Positions 55,316 through 64,000 of a stretch of DNA of 64,000 nucleotides are shown here, piece by piece (the first letter of the stretch is position 1; each line of letters opens with the position of its first letter). The stretch is from Eledone cirrhosa (lineage: Eukaryota): contig OZ024742.1 in NCBI GenBank assembly GCA_964016885.1, positions 125,240,001 to 125,304,000 on the forward strand, in the 5' to 3' direction. A program made the position numbers and the translations under genes. A model generated the notes under the pieces. It made no database searches. It saw nothing but the letters and a program-made list of their open reading frames with translations, and had not been told where the DNA came from.

Positions 55316-55770
55316 TCTGTATTAACTTGCCCATTATTTAGCTTTGTTAATGTTGTCTTATACATGTATTTTATTGAGGATGGAAAAGATAGACAGAACT
55401 CTCATCTAATATAGACCACACAAATTCTACTAGGGTGATAAATACTTCATCGGTCAGATAAAAACCGACTATTACGGCCACCTGACCTACATGGTTTAAA
55501 AACACCAGCGTATCTTTACACTTGATATAATACACCCTTCGATAGTCTTTACATGTCAATTTTATACATCTTCCTCATGTCAGCTAGTTTTACACGCTAA
55601 AATCATAGATATACTATACTTCCAATCTAGATTGATGTTGTGATTATTTCAAATAATTTATTGCTAGCATTGTTGATATTGTTGTTATTGTTCTAACTGA
55701 ATGCAATTACTACTACATATAATAGCCTGTATATTCTTTTCATGCCTGTATATTCTCTTCATTATCGCAA

Positions 55771-55876
55771 GCTCCGATGAACTGACTGGTTATAATTTTG
55801 TATTGGCGATCGAGTAGCGCGAAAATAAGCGGATAGCGATCTCTATACCTACCAGTTCAGAGAAACAATTGTCAGC
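55771..55876 (+). ncRNA. Hammerhead, CCGATGA variant with extended stem II, in solo pseudo-LTR (~55315-55930)
   Basis: GCT-CCGATGA-ACTGACTGGT..(~60 nt)..ACCAGTTCAGA-GAAA-CAATTG-TC|AGC. Confidence 0.65.
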
Positions 55877-55929
55877 AAAGAGATTAGAAACCTATTTTGT
55901 ATAGCAAACCGTGTCACTCTTCTTTCCTG

Positions 55930-55965
<36 letters not shown>

Positions 55966-56073
55966 CGGAGGAGTTGTGGTAAGTAACCGAATGGACCATA
56001 ACGCACCAGAGTACTCAATACTTAGGGTAATAGACTGGGTAATAGGAGAAAGTATGACCCCACCAGCAGAGCT

Positions 56074-56321
56074 CAAGCCGTTTCGATGGCTATTTCTGGA
56101 CTAAAGTAAGAGTTTCTTTAGTCTGGTCAAAACTCTTACTTTAGTCCAGAAATAGCCGTCTAAAACGGCTTGGATAAGCGCAACCTTATATTGCTATACT
56201 GCAAATAGCAACCACTCGATAATAACTGTTATTCACCTCCAAATTTTCAAAATATGGAGGTGAATAACAGTTATTATCGAGTGGCTGTTATTTGCAGTAT
56301 AGCGATATAAGGTTGCGCTTA
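56074..56321. repeat. Two abutting palindromes upstream of the PLE ORF
   Basis: 56074-56172 (~43-bp arms) and 56175-56321 (~67-bp arms). Confidence 0.85.
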
Positions 56322-56558
56322 CCCATGAAATGGTCGTAAATACCTGGATAAAATTCTATAACGGCTCTGTAGTATACCAATTATCCTACATTGGGCTAAA
56401 ACCACACTGTCACACCAAGGGCGATATATCTGTGTGTCTGGGCACATTGATATATTTGTCAACGAAACTATAACGGCTCCCATCGGGTTGAGCTGAAAAA
56501 TATAACCATTGTACACATATATGTATTCGTAGATCTATGCAACTATAATTGGACACTG

Positions 56559-59095
56559 GTGTATAAACCTGACAGTACGCTAACTAAAGACTATCTACCT
56601 TTGTCACTCAAGAACATTCCCATCCCATCTAAGAATACCTATGAGAGGTTACTCATAGCTAGCGTAAACTCATTTGTTAAAAGATTAAGGTGGCGTGCTT
56701 TCTACTACGATAGGAACCGGGATAACCCTCAGCAAGCAACCCGGGAGGATAGGTACGGATTTAAGACTTACAAGAGCCCACCGCACAATAGTTGTCTGGA
56801 GGGCTTTGAAAACGACCTTCTAAACCTTGTGAGGAATATTAGATATAGGACTAAAGGCCATAGCAGGAACCCTTTCCGTAGAGATCTTAGCTCTATTATT
56901 AAGACTTCGAGGAAAATGATAACATTCTCGTCCCCTCAGATAAAACAAAAACTTTATATAACTTGGACTATAGGACCTACAGAAACTTCATATACAAGGA
57001 ACTCCACAGAAATTATAAGAAAACGTCCTATGAGAACCTAGACGAGATAAATAAGAAAGGGCTTGAAATTGTTAAGATGTTAAATCTGGAAAGGTACATC
57101 CAGACTTTCACCCCTAAACAACCCAGAGGACTTCATTAGTAACCCCTCAATTAGGCTCATTAGCCCCTCTAAGTCTGACCTAGGGATAATAAGCAAGACA
57201 ATTTTAGACGCCATGATCCCTGTTATAAGAAATAAAGTTTACCTTGACCTATGGGGGAATACGGAGGTCATTAAATGGTTCTCAAGCATTAGTAACCATA
57301 AGTCCCTGAAGTTTATCCAATTTGATATTTACTACATTTCCATCTCTCCCATCCTTCTAAATAAGTCCCTTATATTAGCTATGCAAAATAGTGACCTGAC
57401 TAGATCCCAAATTGACATTATCCTTGCTGCCATCATCTTCGAGGAGCAACTTTGGACCCGGAAGAACACGCCGAATAACTTCGATATCACAATGGGGTCC
57501 TGTGATTCGGCACAGGTCACTGATTTCGTTGGACTTTACCTCCTCCATGAACTACATAAAACATTCACGCATTTCAGCGGCGGGCTGTACTGTGACGACG
57601 CCCTGTTCACTATTGAATATAAAAAACATAATATCGAAAGGACGAGAAAAGACCTACATAAATTCTTCAAAATCTTTAACCTTAGTATAACGATAGACAT
57701 AAATAATAAAACGGTTAACTTTCTAGACGTGACCCCGGACCTGGAAAATAATTACTTCTCACCTTATCACAAGCCAGATGAAACACTAACTTACGTAGAT
57801 GCCAATTCCAACCACCCTAAACCCGTCCTAAATGCCATAATTAAAGGGGTATCTAATAGGATTAGCAAACTACCACATAATGAGGATGCATTTAGGTCTA
57901 ATGCAAGGTACTATAATAAGGCACTAGCAAAGTCCGGTTTTAGAGAAGAAATATACTATATACCTAACAACCCCCAAACCACCAGGACCGGGCAGTATAA
58001 TGTAATCACGCACAATATGGCTTTGCCTAATAGAAGCGGACACAAAAATAGGAACAACCCGGGTAAAGTAAGCGGCTCCAACCAACCACAAATGACTCCA
58101 TTTAACACGCCTCATCGGTATTGCAATAATACTAACAGTAGTACAAAAAGCTAGAAACCCGAGATACAATAGGAACGACAAAAAACCAGTGAACCCCTCC
58201 GGGTAAGGTTACCACTCCAGGTTCTCTCTACCACAGAAGCTGGGGTGTCTACGCGCGGGGCAAACTATTCCCCCAGAACGAAAAAAAGAAATAGAAGAAG
58301 ATTTAATGCTTACTTTAATCCACCTTACAACTCGGAGGTATCAACCAATATACCAAAGGCATTCTTTTCGATCTTGGAACCCCCACACACACACACACCT
58401 GGTAGTAAGTACCATAGTATCATTAATAAAAACACAATTAAGCTATCATTCTCCACCACTCCAAATCTAGCTCGTCACCTAGCCATAACGAACAACAAAA
58501 AATTAGAAAGGGTTTCGATACCATTGCATCTGCGGGAACCCGCAGTCATTAGATGGACCGGATGCGGCGTAACCCAGCAGTACGATCCACACATCTGATG
58601 TACGGTTGCCAAATCTGGAACGTACGGAAAACCAAACATCTCCTGTACCGCAGAGTGACATACACCACAAATGTAACTGCAGACGAAAGGAGTGCCCCCT
58701 GAAGGAGCTATGCCTTATAAACAATATTGTCTACGCTTGTGAAGTTACAACTCGGACCTCTTCCGAAACATATATAGGGTCTACATCGACCTCCTTTAAG
58801 ACTAGATACAATTCCCATCGCTATACTTTTAGACTTGATAGACTTAAGAATACCACATCTCTAGCTAGTTACATATCCCTCCTGAAGAACACTGATATTC
58901 AATACAAGCTTGATTGGAGAATCATCACTAAATCATCGCAGTACAGACCCCTAGCATGACCTGTGACATTTGTCTCTCTGAATCACACACCATAATATAC
59001 TCCAATCTGAACCTGCTAAATAGGAAATCGGAAATATTCTCTTCTTGCCTGCACATAAATCTTAGCTCCTTCTATTGCTTTAAACCAATTGGCTA
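56559..59095 (+). mobile_element. PLE (Naiad-like), near full-length ORF, frameshifted (N-term + RT + GIY-YIG)
   Basis: SLKNIPIP..FVKRLRWRAF..YGFKT..FENDL; IQFDI, TMGSCDSAQV, GLYCDDAL, FLDVT, YHKP, SNHP; FNPPYN; CNCRRKECPL..CL..IVYAC..YIGSTSTSFKTRY; CDICLSE..LN..E..CLH. Probable 3' tail to ~61083. Confidence 0.92.
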
Positions 59096-61081
59096 ACGCT
59101 GTAGGACTTGCACACCTCCTTCCTGTCAGGCCTACGTAAAACAGCGCCACCGGGGTTCCTGCTTCCTCTGTAACCTTAACTGCCCCTCAAGTGTATATGG
59201 GCTACTCTCCTATTTCATTTCTCATTTCCCCTCTCACTTACTTTTTTTTCCTCTCTTCCCTTGTTCATCTTATCACCACTAACCAATAACCCATAGGGTA
59301 CAACCTACTTAAGGCTTTTCACTATACCTAGCACAGCTTGAACCTATGCAGGCACCTACCCACACTAACCATAATGATACGGTTTATAAACGCACCCTTT
59401 GTGCGCTAACTGATAGCACAGCTTAATAGTTTGTCGAAAGCCCAACAAACTCCGCCGCAGCTATAAAGCGGATGGCTTGGGCAACCGGGGTCCGGATAGC
59501 CTTGACCCTAATATAGTATAGTGAAATAAGGAAGCAAATCGTGTGGGGTCGGTGCCCCAGAATCGATCAAGCCCGGGGGGGGGGGTCGCCGAGGGGTTTG
59601 AATCAAACAAATGACTTGACCCAAGCGTCCCGTGGATATCTAATGAATCCGCCCTTTATGACGCGAATTGCCTCCCATACTTTTCATAAGCACACTACGA
59701 CTTCCTGTGTTTATATTCTGACAACCGTTGTGTGTTACTAGCGAGAAGTTAACCTTTGAAATTTTAAAATTGCTGAATATGAATTGTGCTGCAAATATGA
59801 TGAATGATAGAACCACACTCAAGGCAGTGTGCGACAGTAGATATTGACTTCCGCTCGACCCAGAAGGGGGTCACATCCGACTGTGAATAGATTATAACCT
59901 CCGGGTTCAGTAATCTACACGAAAACCATGTGGCGGACATGTAAATAACTTAGTTGTCATTGACAGTTTTAGCCGTGAGTTTTCTATATTTTCTACAGAA
60001 ATTTGCACTCACTCTAATAAACCCGCTTATTACTGTAACCACATCTGCTTTTCCTTCACTCTGCCATAGGTAATTCTGGAAGAGGAGTTCTCTGTACACA
60101 CCTTCTGTTTATGTGACGGAATAGCCATCACGATTTACATTTACAGTGGTATAATTGTATACGGTATGACAATCTGTTTCGATGCCGATTCGGCCTTACA
60201 GTGAATTTCACTTGAGACGTTGGGTTGACTGACCGAACGTGAGGACTTTGGGACATTGCAGTTATTGCGGACCTGTCGTATTTTCAATTTCCTCACTGGA
60301 GTGCCGGCTGTACATATACCCTACCTTTCTCAAACTCATCGTACTTTATTTTATTTTAGATTTTAGGGGTTTATCGCTGACTACCTATCCGGATAAAACC
60401 CCGGAGTATATGTTTTGGAAACATAGTGTTACTTCGCCTAACGTTCGGAACTGGAACCAATGGATGTTGGTGCTGATAAGATAGGGAGGATCGCCCTGTT
60501 ACAAGGCAATATAATCTTCCTATAGACAATCCTACATGTAAAGCTGCACCACCGCTAACCAACTATCCTTCTCACAGACTCATGCTTGCAAGATCTCTTA
60601 ATCTGCCTGTACATTCTGTATTTACACTGCTTGTGCTTTGATGTATCTATGCTTTGATTTGTTTGTTTTGGGGGTTTTCTTTTTTGTTTCTGCGTTTTTT
60701 ATTGTTTTTCTTTTGTTTTTGATCATGCTGAGTAACACCTTCACTCATTCCTTGCTACCCTCTCCCAACCTCCTTATCAACTATTGCACCATGTAAATGA
60801 TAAATTGTTGATGTGATATTTGATGTAATTTTTTTATGACATTTTTTATGACATTTTATGGCATTATATGCGTCATGTACTGTGTTTTTTTCTATATAGC
60901 GCTGGCCTCGGGATCCCCCTGCTGGCCCTTTAACATTGTTCTGGTGACGCAGGTTGATGGAGCATGACCTATTGATATACTCTAGTTTATAGGCTCTAAT
61001 TATTCCTGCCTTAGGGTACGGATGAAACACGGTTAGCTAATAAAACAATGTATTTCTAAGCACTCTTTGGTTCTTCCTAAA

Positions 61082-61140
<59 letters not shown>

Positions 61141-62397
61141 TATGAGAGAATTACTGTAGTAAACTATATGTAGATTATATAATTCCGAAGTGAACCTTTG
61201 ACCACAAAAAGACAATAAGATATGTTAAAGATAAGGGCGCATCCATTGGTAATATTATCTAGTGTCAACTGAGTAATCTTCGAAAAGTTATATATTCAAA
61301 TGCATTCCTGAACGTTTCATACCATCCTTTTCAAGTTCTATTTAATACAATTTGTTGTTTCTCTTTTATGAATATATCACTTTCATAGAAAAAAATTACA
61401 TTGATGCAATTTCTAGCAAGTCTAGTTTACAGCGTAAAGATTTCTTTGTTGAAGTTCTGTGATCAAGTATTTTAAAAGTTTTGAATTGCAATTGTATTTC
61501 CCCACCAGTAAAATGTTTGATAGTACATAAGGAAATACATATTATATACATATTCTATGCAACGTATTATGATTCCACTATAGAGGACATATTTATAGAT
61601 GAGATAATTATATACTTGATTGACATAAAACTTAAACTTCGAATCTTAGAAGTTTAGGTGTTGTTCTGTGTTAACAAATATATGCAAAATAGGAAAACGT
61701 GTTAGAGAATGACAAAGATATTCATATAAAGAAATGTTATTTATTATTTACCTAATTCTAAGAAGCTATTATGAAATAGATATTTCGCCTTGTACATATC
61801 GTGGATCATATATATTATCGATCATGTTCTTGTTCTTATTTAGCCAGAGGACATCCATGATCATGCAAAGGTTTGAAGAACGTGTTTCAATGCATAATCA
61901 TCTCATCTTTTGAGTCATACTATATCAAACTACATCATTCAATGTATACTTACATTCGTAAAGTAGTATAGTGCGATTTCAGGAAAATTTAATTCCTACT
62001 TTTTACAGGTTAAACAATCAGGCTTCTTCCTTGGATTTTATCTAATGTAGCTAAAGTAATATGGATAGAAAAGTTCATAGTTGTAGTCAAAGTGCGGAGG
62101 CAGTGACGTTAACGTTAGTGTTATAAGTTGATGTTATTTAGACCTATAAACTGAAGACAGCACGTCCAGAAATATTTTAATTGCTGCAGCTGTACTATTA
62201 CATTGTGCATTTAACTACTATAGAAGGAAAATGTTGTCATCTGTCAAAGAAATCGTAAAATTGCTCTAAGCTATGTGATTGTAAAATAGAACTATTTAAC
62301 CTTAGCTGAAATAACCATAAGCAACAAAACTATTAAATATTAAAGCGTTCCGAATTAAATATGTTCATGTGTAAGCCACACACACACACACACACAC

Positions 62398-62459
<62 letters not shown>

Positions 62460-62559
62460 ATACATATATATATATACAGTTGAACAAATAAAACAAATAA
62501 AAAACAAGGATGAAAAAATAAATGTCTTATTAGGTTCAGACTTAGAGAAAATGGAGGAG

Positions 62560-62596
62560 AATCTACGTTTCGAACGGAAGTCCTTCGTTAGGAAAG
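62560..62596 (-). ncRNA. Degenerate minimal hammerhead in a pseudo-LTR remnant
   Basis: Minus strand TTC-CTAACGA-AGGACTTCCGTTC-GAAA-CG-TA|GA (G5>A). Confidence 0.4.
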
Positions 62597-63715
62597 TTCA
62601 GATAGGAACAGAACAAGGAGATACATGAAAGTTGTTACGTAAAAGTTTGAAAGTGATTGTTAGGATAAGAATGTTCATTTAATTAGAGTTTAGAATTATA
62701 TGAATTTTACTTTTAAAAGTTAAAATCTTATTCATAAACATTGACCAAATAAAGTGCTGGAAGTTATAGTAATAGGCTCTTTTGATTCATAATCCCAGCA
62801 AATCCACGCAGGCAATGTCAAGAAACTTAACCACATCACACAAATACATAGTACCATCTATTTATAAATTTCTGCGATTCTGGCACAACACATAAAGAGA
62901 GAGGAGCAGTTTGACTACCTCATATTACTCCTCTCTCTTTACGTCTGTTGCCTGCGTGAATGCATGTGAGTAAAAGGAAGGAAGGGGATGGTGAAATATC
63001 TACGCTGTGTGTAAGTGTATGTGCCTGTGTGTGTTTGAGTAAATGTGTTTTTGTGTAAATGTTTGTCTGTAAGTGTGTATTTTTGTAAGCGTGTTTGTGT
63101 TTGCTCGTTTATATTTATATACTCATACACATAAAAGTATCCATACGCACATACACACATGCACACACATAACCACATGTGTCAGAGTATGGAGAAAAAA
63201 ATTTTGTATTGAAAAAGCGTTCCGTTCGTTCATTACTGCACATGATTTGGGAGGAAATCAGGCAACCACTGAAGTGATATAAAAATTAGCGGTGTGTTTT
63301 TCATTTCTATATTCAGATAAATGTGATTGGCGACACAAACGCCAATACAGAGTTGAATGCGACTAAAAGCACATAGTATTATTATTTTTTTTTTAAGAAC
63401 AGGACATTTGTTTAATGTGTCGGGAAGTTGGACTGCTATTTCTAGTAGACTTAAACCCTTTCATGTCGTTGCGTGCGCTAGATTCGTACATTGTTCCTTT
63501 TCAAAAAAATGTTATTACTATGGATTAGTCAACGATCAATAATCTTTATTGTTTATTTTTTTAAGGTTTTTATGTGTTGTTTCTGTGTGTTTGAGTCAAT
63601 GCGTATCTGATATATATATATATATATAGTGAAAAATGGAATAGGAACAAAACAGAGAGGCAGTAGGAACAAAGGTTTATTAGTTTCACGCTCTTGAGAA
63701 TGGGGTGGCGGTGGG

Positions 63716-63750
63716 GAACGACGTTTCAGGCATAAGCCCTTCTTCAGGCG
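63716..63750 (-). ncRNA. Minimal hammerhead in a PLE-type pseudo-LTR running off the window end (~63628-64000)
   Basis: Minus strand GC-CTGAAGA-AGGGC-TTAT-GCCT-GAAA-CG-TC|GT; AATAAA ~40 nt downstream, then (TA)n. Confidence 0.7.
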
Positions 63751-64000
63751 AAAAGTGTGTGGGAAGAGAGTTCCAAAGGTGTGTAGGGGAGTGGGGGAGA
63801 GACATTTAGAAAAAAGGGGTGAGAGGAAACGGTACAAATGAAAATAAATATAAAAACATAATAAAAATAAAAATAAACATGAAGAAGTGGTGGGAGGGTG
63901 TGGGCGTGTAGGGGCGCTGGCGGGTGGAGTGGGGAGAGGGAGGCGGGGTGCCCGAGCGGGCAGGGCTGAAGGTGGTGTGTGTGTGTAAGTGTACGTGTGT

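Overview
AT-rich, microsatellite-dense eukaryotic DNA, almost entirely repeat-derived. The SINE family and repeat landscape suggest a cephalopod (Octopus-like) genome; this is an inference. No intact protein-coding gene is visible. The window holds: an intronless, disabled KIF22/Kid (kinesin-10) copy; a decayed Tx1 LINE; R4/Dong-type RLE retrotransposon fragments inside (AAT)n tracts; eight copies of a tRNA-derived Nin/Deu-domain SINE; an internally deleted mariner; and a nested cluster of Penelope-like elements (PLEs; mostly Naiad-like, one from another clade) embedded in (TA)n. The most striking signal, invisible in the ORF track, is about 20 type-I hammerhead ribozyme (HHR) motifs read by eye. 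They occur in PLE pseudo-LTRs, in a retrozyme-like direct repeat (predicted 475-nt monomer), and in several ORF-less 230-550 bp palindromic elements, some of which carry a hammerhead on both strands. A U4C core variant (CCGAYGA) recurs five times. All RNA folds were paired by hand and boundaries are approximate.
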